From assembly GCF_006345805.1 (NCBI RefSeq), contig NC_042997.1:94984001-95048000 (forward strand): 64,000 bases of DNA, read 5' to 3'. This DNA is from Octopus sinensis. Taxonomy: Eukaryota. Within the stretch, counting starts at the first letter, position 1, and each line of letters starts with the position of its first letter. A program made the position numbers and the translations under genes. The notes beneath the pieces are model-generated. The model had not been told where the DNA came from and did no database searches. It was given only the letters and a program-made list of their open reading frames with translations. Shown here piece after piece: positions 52,135 to 64,000 of this stretch.

Positions 52135-55100
52135 ATGAAAGGAAGCGGGTGTAGCCGTCCCATGGACTGATTAATGATACATCTAATGATGGTGTCACCA
52201 TAAAAAAACACTAGTAATTGCGCAACCTGATAATCGTTACCTCATATGAGTGACAATGACAAAACAAAATATTGTGAATAACGGTGGTAATGAAACTGAA
52301 GCCAATGATGGTGACAGTGTTCCACTCGGCAGGCTCAGATATTATGGTCCGGCTCAAGCCTGACGACATCCAGAAAGGGACAACCACACATGGATTAAAT
52401 GGAGCATGCAAATTAATGCTGTGTTGTAGGAGTGTTACTACCTGAGCAACCCGGTAGATGAAAATGGTGCTCAAATTAGGGGTTACCGACAATGTATATA
52501 TGATCATTGGAGAGAAAAAGGATGGTTCACATAAAAATCGTTGGCTCACAGACGTAGAGCTCGAAACTATCAAAAGACGGGTCTTGGAAAATAGCAGCAG
52601 AGATAACGATGAATATACAGTTCTTACTAATAAGAGGAACCTCATAGCACAGGAAAGGAGTAGTGGTAGTTTATCTGATGAGAGACATATAGATGATCTA
52701 AAAGAAGGCAATAACACGGCGTCATGACAGATGAACAAAAGGCAATCTACGAGAGAATAAAGGCAAGACTACAGGAAAACGATAGCGACATTATTTGCAA
52801 CCTTAAAAAGGTTGATCGATGGAAACTGAACAAAGAAATGACAAATGTTAATGAAATTCTGAAATATATCAGAACAAAAAACATGACAGAAACAAATAAT
52901 TTGATTAAGGCAGCAAGAATTGTTGAAGCAGAAAACGTGGGTGTTGATGTAAAGGAAAAGAAAACATAATGAGAGTGACAAAAGAAAAGATCCATGCTGG
53001 AAAAGAAGAATCCAGGCAGAGGTAGACATGCCCTGGAAGGAAATCTCTGTGTTAGACCGAAAAGAGAAAGGGGCGTTTAAAAGCGAACAAAAATACTGGG
53101 CGCTGAAAAGGAAGTATAATATTGAAAGAAAGGCCTGAAAGTATTAGTGGAGGAAATGAAACAGCGCCTCGTTGCAAAGAAAGCAAATATGGTAAGATAC
53201 GACCAAAGAATGAAGGGTTACCACCAGAATAGATTATTAAAAGTAGATCAGAGGAGATTATATAAAGAAATAAACGGATAGTGTACAGAGGAAATGTTGA
53301 TACCAGATAACAAAGAAAGACGAAGTTTTTGAAGTGACATCTGGAGCGAAGACAAGGAACACAAGAAGGATGCTTAATGGTTACAGGAACTGAAACAAAC
53401 GGTAGGCTGTCCAAAACACACAGAACCAGTCATTTCAGATAGGGAAGTGAAGGAAATCAGCCAAATAATTAGCCAAATAATTAGCAACTGGAATGCCCCG
53501 GATCAACAGATTTGGTGAATATCATGCAACTCAAGACCTTGTTAAATGCGGTTCAAGTAATACCAGAGTAGTTGATATTGTGTAGGACAGTGCTGTGCTT
53601 GAAAAGCATCGAAAAAGGAAATACGCTTGACAATTACAGGCTGATATCCTGTTTTCCACATACGTGAAATTTATTGATTGGAATACTCGCAGAGTCAATG
53701 TAAGAAGATATAGAAAAATGAATTCCTGCCACATGAGCAGAAGGGTTGCAAGCGTAAGTGCAGAGGAACCAAGGGTCAACTGCTGATAGATAAAACTGTA
53801 TTCAGAGACTGCAAGGGGATGAAAAGTAACTTAGTCATGGATCGACTATCTATAAGGCGTACGATATGACCCCACATTCTTGGACTATGGAATGTATGAA
53901 GCTATTTGGTATTGCATCGAATGCTGAGCGATTGTTTCGAAAAAGTAAGTCGAATTGGAGGACGGACATGATAGCATATGAAAGAAGCGTAGGGACAGTA
54001 GAAATTAGGAGGGGTATCTTCCAAGGGAACTGCCTGCCCGCACAGATTTTTGTACTTGATACCACTAACACTGATTCTGAGGAAATCAAAAGCTGGGTAT
54101 GTATTCAAAAGCCGCCTAGAAAAGGCAACCATGTGTTGTTCATGGATGACCTCAAACTCAATGGTAATGATGAAGCCCTAGTTAGTTAACTCGTTGATAC
54201 GTTGTATACTTTGGGTGCTGATATCAGAATGGAGTTCGGTCTGAGAAAGTGTGGTGTGTTAGCCTTGAAGAGAGGCAAAATCAAATGTATGGACGGGCTA
54301 ACGATACTGTCGTTGAGGTTATGAAGCAGATAGAAGAGACGGGCTATAAGTACTTGGGGATATCGGAAATGGATAAATTGATGGAAAAAGAATTGACAGT
54401 AATATTTAAGGTGGAGTACTTGTGCAGACTGAGACTGATCCTGAAGTTAAAATTAAACGGACGGAATAAAATCGAAGCTATCAACACCTGGGTGGTTTCA
54501 CGCCTTTGATATGGAGCAGGGGTAATCGTATGGAAAATAGACGAACTAAACAGCTTAGACAGAAAGGCAAGGAAGTTGCTAACTAGATATGGGTCACTCC
54601 ACAGAAAAAAGTGACACAAACAGACTGTATGCACCAAGAAAAAGATGGGGAAGAGGACTTATTGGATGCGAACACAGCATTAGAGCAGGCGAATACAGAC
54701 AACACAGTATGGTACGTAAAACATGCCACAGAACTGCTATTATTAGAAGTAAGAAGGTCAGGCTTGTGTAAGATGAAAGATTGCAAAGATAAAGCACTGT
54801 ACAAGATATTGAAAACGAATGGAACTGATTATAGCTGGGTAAAGAAAAGAATGCCAGGACAATTTCATAGGGATGTTGAAGATAAGACATCCAAGAGAAA
54901 AAAGATGACTGTGAATGACTAAAAGTGATTTAAAACCAGAAACAGAGGCTCTAATCTGTGCTGCCCAAGAGCAAGCACTAAGAAAAATCTACATAAAATA
55001 CAGAGTAGACAACACATGAGAAAGTGATAAGTGCAGAATCTGCCGATAAAATGGTGAAATCTTATAACATATATTCAGCCAATGTTCGCCACTAGCGCAG

Positions 55101-55673
55101 AAGGTATATAAGAGACGCCAGGACAATAGAGACAGGCTTGTCCATTGGACACATCACAATAGGTATGGATTTGACAAAGAATAATTGTTACGACCACAAA
55201 CACGAAGGCATCGTCGAAAATAAAAATGCAAGGATCTTATGGGGTTTTATGACTCAGTGTGACTATGAGATAGGAAATAGGAAGGCAGACATAGTCTTAA
55301 TTGAGAAAGAAAGAAGAATTATGCTGGATCATAGATATAGCATGCCCAGATGACAGCAAGGTATGCGATAAGAAAGAAAGAAAAGTCGATAGGTATAACA
55401 GTTTAGCTTGCGAAGTTAAGCAGTTGTGGTCGATGAAAAAGTTAGCAGTTGTAGCAATAATTGTCGGTTCCCTGGGAACTGAGCAAAATCTCGAAAGATA
55501 CGTTGAACAAATAGGGGCTGCAAAAGGGTGGAGCGCATGCAGAAAACAGCACTGCTTGGAGCCGCTCGAATACTTTGGAAGTTGCTCGAAAAATAAGAGG
55601 TGTTACCTTAGTTCACTGATAGTGAAAAGCTGACACCGTAGTATATCTCCAGCGTAAGAAGCTGTGCAAAATC
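52135..55673 (+). mobile_element. Full-length decayed R4/Dong-type LINE (family B, ~3.5 kb)
   Basis: N-terminal KWSMQINAVL*ECYYLSNP...RGYRQ...W; RT motifs PHSWTMECM, RRGIFQGNCL and LFMDDLKL; CRIC...HIFSQC; KADIVL..IIDIAC..K..RY (RLE). Between (AAT)n tracts. Many stops and frameshifts. Confidence 0.9.
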
Positions 55674-55713
55674 AATGACAACAACAACAACAACAAGAGA
55701 AATAATAATAATG

Positions 55714-55781
<68 letters not shown>

Positions 55782-55811
55782 TAATAATAAATAAATACAT
55801 AAATAAATAAA

Positions 55812-56428
55812 TAACCTTGACGCAGCATTAAACAATGGCACTCATGGTTTTTTATCTAAACTGATTGGAAGTGTTATCATGTACATTGTTTTGTCTTGGT
55901 ATAAAAAGAGGGCTACGGCAAATATTCTTCTCAATGCCATAGATTTGCCTGCCAGTTGATTCACCTTAGCCAGTTGAGCATGTACCTTTGTGGCTGACGA
56001 TATATGCATCTCTGATCATGACAAAAAGTATTGGGGGTGCTTCATGGTCATGTGTTGAGAGGATTTCTTTGGGGTTTTAATAATTCACCTCTGGAAACAC
56101 GGCTGTTTCATTGATTATCCTTAAACAAACCTTGTGAGCGAGATGGATTACTTTACCTGAAAATATTCTAACTAGGCCCCCACCTGCGAGGTCAAGCGCT
56201 GTTTATCTTGATATATTGTCACCATGTTGCGCATATATGATCGGGATTTCTGTGCCTGGAATACTCGTATCAGCTGTTTATCTTGATATGAGCTCTCTAT
56301 GTTGCGTAAATATAGTTGTGATGCATGTGCCTTGTGTACCATTGTCAGACGGGTAGTCATGATGGGTATACTGGATTTCTTATATTTTACCCTAGTGTTA
56401 CTTTGATGGCATGCACTCCCTCTCACTC
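55812..56428 (+). mobile_element. ~550-bp (AAT)n-flanked element, copy 4 (older, with an internal duplication of about 75 bp)
   Basis: Same termini. CTGTTTATCTTGATAT occurs twice, near 56200 and 56275. Confidence 0.85.
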
Positions 56429-56449
56429 AATAATAATAATAATAATAAT

Positions 56450-57160
56450 GTGCCAACACACACAGATAGAGAAATTAAGGCCAATACGCCGGATATAGTT
56501 GTCAGAGAACACCAAGGAAGAAAAAATCTTTCTAATCGATGTATCAATACCAACAGATGACAATGTTTCAAAGTAGAAAGATGTGGAAATACAGTAACTC
56601 GAATGTGAAATCTAGAAACAGAAACAGTTCCTATTATAGTAGACCCATTAGGTATTTAAAAAAGTCAGACCAATCGATAACAAAAACACCAGAACTTACA
56701 ACTATATATATTTTTTTTTTCCGACCAGGCTATCAGATGTTGTTACACATCGCTGGTCACAATACATTCGCATTGTTTTAGCCTTTGAATGACGCCACCC
56801 CGCTGGGTAAGCGAGCAGGCCAACAGAAGAAAGAGTGGGAGAAAGAGTGGTGAAAGAGTACAGCAGGGATCACCACCCCCTGCCGGAGCGTCGTGGAACT
56901 TTTAGGTGTTTTCGTTCAATAAACACTCACAACGCCCGGTCTGGGAATCGAAACCGCGATCCTAAGACCACGAGTCCGCTGCCCTAACCACTAGGCCATT
57001 GCGCCTCCACACAACTATATATAACATACAGAAAATAGAGCTACTAGGCACCGCATACATCCTACATAAAATACAATGAAAATAAGAGCACCACAACAAA
57101 ACACAACACATACCCAAGGCACAAGGAGCTGCGTTCGGTATTGAAGTGAAAGCACGTGAT
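56450..57160 (+). mobile_element. R4/Dong-type LINE 3' fragment (family C) split by a SINE
   Basis: DREIKANTPDIVVRE...IDVSIPTDDNVS; after removing the SINE it reads TIYNIQKIELLGTAYILHKI. The 3' UTR ends in (AAT)n. Confidence 0.75.
56711..57010 (-). mobile_element. tRNA-derived SINE, family D, with a poly(A) tail and 13-bp TSD
   Basis: Head GGAGGCGCAATGGCCTAGTGGTTAGGG...GGTTTCGATTCCC. T10 at 56711-56720. ACAACTATATATA at 56698-56710 and 57011-57023. Confidence 0.9.
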
Positions 57161-57182
57161 AATAATAATAATAATAATAATG

Positions 57183-57242
<60 letters not shown>

Positions 57243-57261
57243 TTAATAATAATAATAATAA

Positions 57262-59655
57262 TTGCTAACAGAACTGTACAATGATGTTTTGCAACACCCT
57301 AGTAGGATGCCTCCTTGGCTAGTTAATGGGTTAACATTCCTGCTTCTAAAAAGTGAAGAAACAAATGAACCAAAAAACTATAGACCCATAACCTGCTTAA
57401 CAACTATGTACAAAACACTAACATCTGTCCTGACGGAATATACCTATAGTTTTTTAACAGACAGCAGCATATTCCCTAATGAACAGAAAGGATGTAAACG
57501 TGGATCCTACGGCTGTAAAGACCAACTACTCATCAATAAGATGATCTTAGAAGATTGTCACAAACGACACAAAAACTTATCAATAGCCTGGATAGACTAT
57601 AAAAAGGCTTTTGATAGCCTACCACATAGCTGGATTAGGAAATGCCTGGAAATGTATAAGATAGCACCTACTCTGCGAAACTTCTTGACTGTAAGTATGA
57701 GATCATGGAGAACCACACTAACTCTGAGCAGTGACAATGAATCCCTAAATGCTGGTGATGTAAAAATTTTGTGTGGCATTTTCCAGGGTGACTCACTGTC
57801 ACCACTCCTCTTTTGTTTATCCTTAATACCTCTCTCAAAGCTGTTCAATGACGCGCAGTACGGGTATAAAATGTTTGATAAAAATATAAATCATCTCGTT
57901 TACATGGATGATTTAAAGCTTTTTGCAAAAAATGACGAACAACTCAAGGGCTTACTAGCGATAGTCAAACAATTCAGTGACGACATCAGAATGCAATTCG
58001 GCCTCGATAAATGTGCAAAGGCTACCTTTATCAAAGGAAAAATGACAGAAACATCTAACGTTAACCTTGACCAACAGAATGCCATAAAAGAACTAGACCC
58101 AGCGGAGAGCTACAAGTACCTAGGGGTAATTGAAGGGAACGGAATAAGGCATTCAGAGATGAAGGAAAGGATCAGGAGAGAATGCTCTCGAAGAGTGAGA
58201 GCAATACTCAAGACAGAGCTGAATGCAAGAAACAGGATCGAAGCGATCAATGCATTAGCCATACCAGTCGTGACTTACAGTTTCAATATTGTTAACTGGT
58301 CAATTACTGAAATATGTCAGCTCGACAAAAAAATAAGGAAACTGTTGACAATGCATAGAATGCACCACCCTAAGGCAGATACAGAACGACTCTATCTGCC
58401 AAGAAAAGAGGGAGGCCGTGGTCTTTTGCAACTGGCAATAACAATGAAGATTGCTACAATTGGCCTAGACACCTACCTGAAAACTCTGAGGACTGGATGT
58501 TAAAACTTGTCTCAAAACATAAAAACAAGAAAGCATCATACTCAGTCACAAAACAGGCAAAGGAATATCTAAGTGAATTCCGAATACAACCAATTTCGGA
58601 ATTAGAGATAGATATACAAGAAACAAGCACAGAAAAAGCTAGGCGCATGAAAACCCGTGCCAAAACTGCGGCCTTAGATATTCTGAATAATAAATTGCAA
58701 GAAAAAACCTCTCTATGGCAAATACCCAAAGAGAGCGAATAATGCAGATATCGACAGAGCCCTGACCCATCAATGGCTAATGGCCTCTGGCTTAAAATCT
58801 GAAACAGAGGGGTTTATCATAGCAGCTCAAGATCAATGCCTACCAACAATAAACTACCAGGCCAACATATTAAAGAACGGCAGTAGCCCAACATGTCGTG
58901 TATGCCGACATCAAAATGAAACCATTGACCATGTTGTCTCCAAATGCAGTCTTCTAGCGCCTACAGAGTACCTCAGTAGGCATGATAGAGCTGCACAATA
59001 TATTCACTGGGTAATTTGCAAAAACCTGGATTTGCCCCATGAAAAAAACTGGTGGGAACACAATCCACCTTCTGTGCTTGAAAATGACCACATCTCACTC
59101 CTCTGGAACTTCACCATTCAAACTGACAGGAAGATAGATGCAAATAGGCCAGACATTATATTGAAAGACTTCAGACAAAGAACATGCCTCCTCATTGATA
59201 TGACTGTCCCAATCGATATAAACGTATCTGTCAAGACCTACCAAAAACTGAGCAAATATAAAGATCTTGAAATAGAAATCAGCAAAATGTGGAAGCTGAA
59301 GACTAAAACAATACCTGTTGTCATAAGTGCCCTGGGAATGATAGCGAAAGGGGCTGATTGCTACCTAACTCAGATACCAGGAAACCCCAAAATGGCAGAA
59401 ATTCAAAAGATAGTGCTCATGGGAACTGCTCATATCCTACGCAAAATACTCTCTATGTAATCCCAAGGTTTAAAACAAACTTTTTTTTTATTTATTTATT
59501 ATTTTAATTTTTTTATGTATTAGACATTCACTAGTACAACACCAAGAAAAAAAAACCCAAATATATGGCACAGAACTTCTAACCTGTTGTCTCTTGAGGT
59601 CTCTGGGTGAGACTTAGAGCCAACTCGTACAGACATAAAGCAAAAGTCAAACATA
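57262..59655 (+). mobile_element. Young 5'-truncated R4/Dong-type LINE (family A): RT, CCHC and RLE endonuclease
   Basis: NYRPITCL, WIDYKKAFDS, GIFQGDSLSP, LVYMDDLKLF, CRVC...HVVSKC, RHD, NRPDII, IDMTVP and KLSKYKDL. The ORF to 59460 is broken only by two single-base A-run indels (near 58480 and 58705). Flanked by (AAT)n. Confidence 0.95.
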
Positions 59656-59675
59656 GAATAATAATAACAATAATA

Positions 59676-59740
<65 letters not shown>

Positions 59741-60174
59741 TTATATTTATGTATGTAATTTTATGGCACACCTAACTATAATATTTTAATGTTTGTATTA
59801 TATTTTGTTTCAGAGTTACCGTGTTATATATTACGAAATATGTTTCCGTCTTTGCCATCATATATCTCGCTCTTAGCTGCGACATTTCTTTAAGTTCACA
59901 TTTTAAAACTTTCCTATAGCTGAGAAGACGCTTTTGGGAAAGCCAATGGTAATGAATAAATATTGATTATAAAAGAAATAATGGTTTCTAATAACAATAC
60001 GCAAATGCAACACGACATTCATTAAATACGGTTTTTCATACTTGAATAAGTGATAGTAATTATGCTCATGCAAGCGATATAACGCAAATTAATTAAAATT
60101 CAAGTGAAATATAATGTAATGTGACCACGCATCTTTATATCACTAATTCGCTGAGCATGAGCATTCGGATTTGG

Positions 60175-60214
<40 letters not shown>

Positions 60215-60646
60215 ACACACACACACACACATACACACACACACATACACGCAGAGATAGATATGTGCGTGTGCAAATGTATGTTTTGCGTGCATGTGTA
60301 TGTATCTTTAGACTGTAATAGGCATATTGAAAGACAAGAGAATACTTCATTTAGAAATACATTTTTATTGGGATGATAAATCGTATTTGCAAATGACACT
60401 TTTATGAGTAGTTTCGGGATGCGTGAAAAATATCTAATGTAAGAGAAAGACTGGCAGAAATACGACAGTGTGTATTGGTAATAATTTATGATTGTAATTC
60501 AGCAGTAATTTTCCCAATTGTAAGGCGAAAGATGTACGAGTGTTGTTATTTGATGCTCTGCTTATGCTGGCTGCTGATCTTTGTAGTGCGTCACAAATAA
60601 TTGGACACGAAACTTGCCGAGAGAAATAAGGGATTGGGGTAGAACG

Positions 60647-61935
60647 AGTCAGTGGGACATAATGAGTCATTTGCCTGATTTTTCATAATTTTCTCTGAAC
60701 TCCGAATCACGAAGTATTAAGTGACAGCCATTATAAATTACGTCATCTTTCTTGCCTGTATAAGCGTTATATAATTCCTGCTACTATATTTCAAATTATT
60801 CATAATGGATCAGAAACCTCAATCCTTAGACCAACAATTTTTGATCGTCAAACAAAATATCGCGGTGTAGCAAGCAGTACTGCAGATTTGGATATTTTGT
60901 ACTGAAAGGCTGTTCAGAATAATTTTCTTACCTATGTTATTTCAGAGAAAGGAAATATCACTGGAAATTCTAAAACTGAAGTTAATTCAAAGGTTGGGTA
61001 TAATGGGTTACTTGTCAGTTTGCACCGTGGGGTAATATAGGTCACTTAATATCTAACAAATAAGCTTCTAGAAAAGAAGAATTAAAGAAGTCTTCCACAC
61101 CCTTCAAATATGTGCAAGTATGTGAAAGCTTTTTAGAAGCATTGTTCCATGTAAATTATTGATATTTACACAGTATCAAGTTTAGGTAGAAGATAGTGCG
61201 GGAAACAGTGCACCAAAGAAGAAACAAAATGTTTAAGAGGTTTATATGATTCAAAATAGTAGAAAACAGGTAACACAGTGGGTTTGTGATAATACTGATG
61301 GTGACCATGAATGTGCTGATAAAACGGCGGAAGAGGACGCTGAGTGCTCCATCTGCAACAAATTCTGGAGTAGGTATAAAGGCGGGGAGAACGAAGCTTG
61401 GTTGTTGTGATAATTATATTTCCCATAATTGTATTCGAAGAGAAATGTTTGTTAACCAAGAGTTCCTCTGTGAGAAGTGTAGAGCTTAATTTTGAGTTCA
61501 TTTTTGAATAGAGCATATTATAGAAAGCGATTTAGTCTCAAATGAGCTGCTCTTCTGTAAATGTTTTCTTTTTTTTATTTTGAGTCTCTTTAAGTTCGAA
61601 TGTCTCTCATGGATCTCTTTATTGATTACTTTCAACATTCATCCACAGTTTGTCAGATTGTTATTCAAATACTGCTCTGTGTTTCGCACCATTTGTGATT
61701 GACTTATTATGTCCTAACAAAGAGTGAAATTATAGATTTTGATAATGATTCAATCTTAATTATGTATATACGAAATGGGTATAAAAATTGCTTCCCAATC
61801 CATCGGAAGTCCTTAAAAGAATCATGATGCACATTTTGAAATTTTGACTCCGTATTAACTTTTATATACTGGTTTGTATCTGTTATTATTTTTAAAATTT
61901 TGGAAAAATAGACCCATTATGTCCCATGTCAACTT
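60647..61935 (+). mobile_element. Probable pogo/Tc1-like DNA transposon remnant with a C-terminal PHD-type zinc finger
   Basis: Inverted repeats TGGGACATAATG(A/G)GTC near 60653-60668 and 61911-61926. Internal EEDAECSICNKFWS...(frameshift)...CCDNYISHNC...FLCEKCRA* is a C2-C2-H-C-C2 pattern typical of the ends of pogo-like transposases. No DDE core was recognised. Confidence 0.55.
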
Positions 61936-62098
61936 ACATAAGGAACAGAGAGTTTTTATTTTTAACAATGCACTAAATACAGTCTATTGTCGAAAATTAA
62001 CTCAAATACATAAATACACAACTATTCCCTATGAATATATTTATGTATAATCACTCACACACACTCACAAAAACGCACACTCTCACACACACGCGCGT

Positions 62099-62139
<41 letters not shown>

Positions 62140-63713
62140 CGCTCATACACATACACATAACTTTTGGGTAATCGTTCACGCTAGTCACTGAAATTCACCC
62201 GCATATAGACGGTGTTATGTGTTTTAGGGCGGATTCGAATGAGACCTGGTAAATTACCTGTGGGCAAACACATGCACGACTGTTGTCAGATTTTCGTGGA
62301 GTAACTGCATTGATCTGTACGGTTCGTGGATCCTGTCTACCTGGATAGAGCCTCTTACGATTTCAGTAAAACTTTACAAGGCCTTTGATTTGAAATGAAA
62401 GGAGGAATTCTAAACTATGGTGCTCGGTATTTGAAAAGAAGAAATTATTCAAATTAATAGGTTTGTCACAAGAAATACCACACTTTAACGGTAAAAGTTC
62501 CAATATTTACCAGTAAATGATTTACCTATTTTCTATTCAGACTAAAATTATCAGGTTCTTGTAAAATCACATCTCTCCTTATCACATTGTGAGTTCCCGC
62601 TCGAAAAGGGTGATGCAAACGGGGTTTTCAGTCCAAGGTAAACACAGAGAAATGAAAAATGCCTTGAAGAGCAAATGAATTTGTACTGAATTCTCACTTG
62701 TCTAACGGAAGTTTTCAACGTGTCCAATGTAGTAGATTTATATCTTATTATTGAGAAACTGTCCCTATCTCACTACACTCATTCATCTCTTCTAGCATTT
62801 GGGAAGGTTCCTTCGGTAATAGATCGTATGAGAGTTTTGATATTTCTAACGTGATAAATTAGGGCTACGCACCAGCATTTTTAATTTTTTTCTCCTCCTA
62901 AATATTGAAACTGCATGGTGTTAGGAACAAGTATTTCTATCAACATTTGGTAGCCCATTGAATCGCAGAGCCTCTGTCCCTATCATGTAAGCAGTAGTTG
63001 CTGTAATTATACATACATACATGTCTATCTGTCTATCTTTCTATATACGCATATAGAATGATAAACACACAATCATATATGCGTATTCACGCACATAAAC
63101 ACCCACGTATAGACACATTATTAAATAGTGGACATGTTATATTGAGATATAAACCACGACCTTATTGAAATAAGATTCTATCTGTTTACTCTGTAAAGGG
63201 ATAAAATATAGTATTAACTTTCGTTTGATGTGATAGTCAAGCAGTTATGGAATAAATGTGTCAAGGAACAGAAAGATACCAATATTTTACTACACGAGTA
63301 GATGAAAGACAAGAACAAAAATCAAAAACGTAGTACCCGCTGAGTTGATTTATGTTATATATAAGTCAGCTAATAATTAGTAATATTATTTAGAAAAATA
63401 CGGACAAAATCAAAAGAAAATCTACGAAAGAACATGAAATCAATAATAATATAATGTTGAATGACAATGTCTAATGTCTGCGATTATAACAATTCGTGAG
63501 TTTTTATCTCTGCTCAAGAAAACTGATCATAAACTAACTTGTGACTAGCAGAGATCAAATCCTTCAACAAACTGAGTAGATGTGAATATTAAATAATATT
63601 GCGGCTCCGACTGTATGATAAGAGTTGCTATCAATATATGGCCGCCATTGAAGGCCAGAATTTGTAAGTTATAAATGCGTGTATATACAGATGTATGTAT
63701 GTCTCTGGATCAT

Positions 63714-63745
<32 letters not shown>

Positions 63746-63813
63746 TATGAATATGTATATATAATATATATGTATGTATGTATATATATATATGTACATA
63801 TATAGCTATGTAT

Positions 63814-63906
<93 letters not shown>

Positions 63907-64000
63907 AACATACATTCATATACACATGTACATATATGTTTGGGTATTGAAAAACTGAATTTTATTCAGAAGATAAAAACTTATGCACAAGTCTATAGAT

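Noticed and set aside
52137-52178. Type II hammerhead reading of the Dong-B 5' end (GAAG-CGG..CCG-UC-CCAUGG-A-CUGAUUA)
   Set aside because: GAAG replaces GAAA in both copies, CUGAUUA is non-canonical, there is no stem II pairing, and the helices are not kept in the 22040 copy.
56940-57010. tRNA gene (also the heads at 11771 and 26887)
   Set aside because: No acceptor stem closes, and the sequence continues into a SINE body; the 56711 copy also has a tail and TSD.
50925-59740. Repeat-spacer alternation superficially like a CRISPR array
   Set aside because: The 'repeats' are variable-length microsatellites, the 'spacers' are retroelements of 0.4-3.5 kb, the context is eukaryotic, and there are no cas genes.

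Overview
AT-rich eukaryotic genomic DNA, dense in (AT)n, (CA)n and (AAT)n microsatellites. The repeat families look like those of an octopod cephalopod; this is my inference from recognising the SINE/LINE types, not a database result. Most of the window is transposable-element sequence. (1) Many R4/Dong-type RLE non-LTR retrotransposons sit in same-orientation clusters inside (TAA)n tracts: minus strand at 16.9-25.5 kb and plus strand at 43-59.7 kb. They include two full-length decayed copies, one apparently a recombinant between two families, and one young 5'-truncated copy with a near-identical daughter fragment. (2) Four full-length copies of a ~550-bp non-coding element with no TIRs and no recognisable Pol III boxes are each flanked by (AAT)n. 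(3) Two Penelope-like remnants have minimal hammerhead-ribozyme-like motifs nearby. (4) There are two mariners, a decayed piggyBac and a probable pogo-like remnant with a PHD finger. (5) There are three to four tRNA-derived SINE families. The only convincing host-gene candidate is a 98-aa single-pass membrane ORF at 29387-29683 ending in EFYV. No rRNA, true tRNA or CRISPR features were found.
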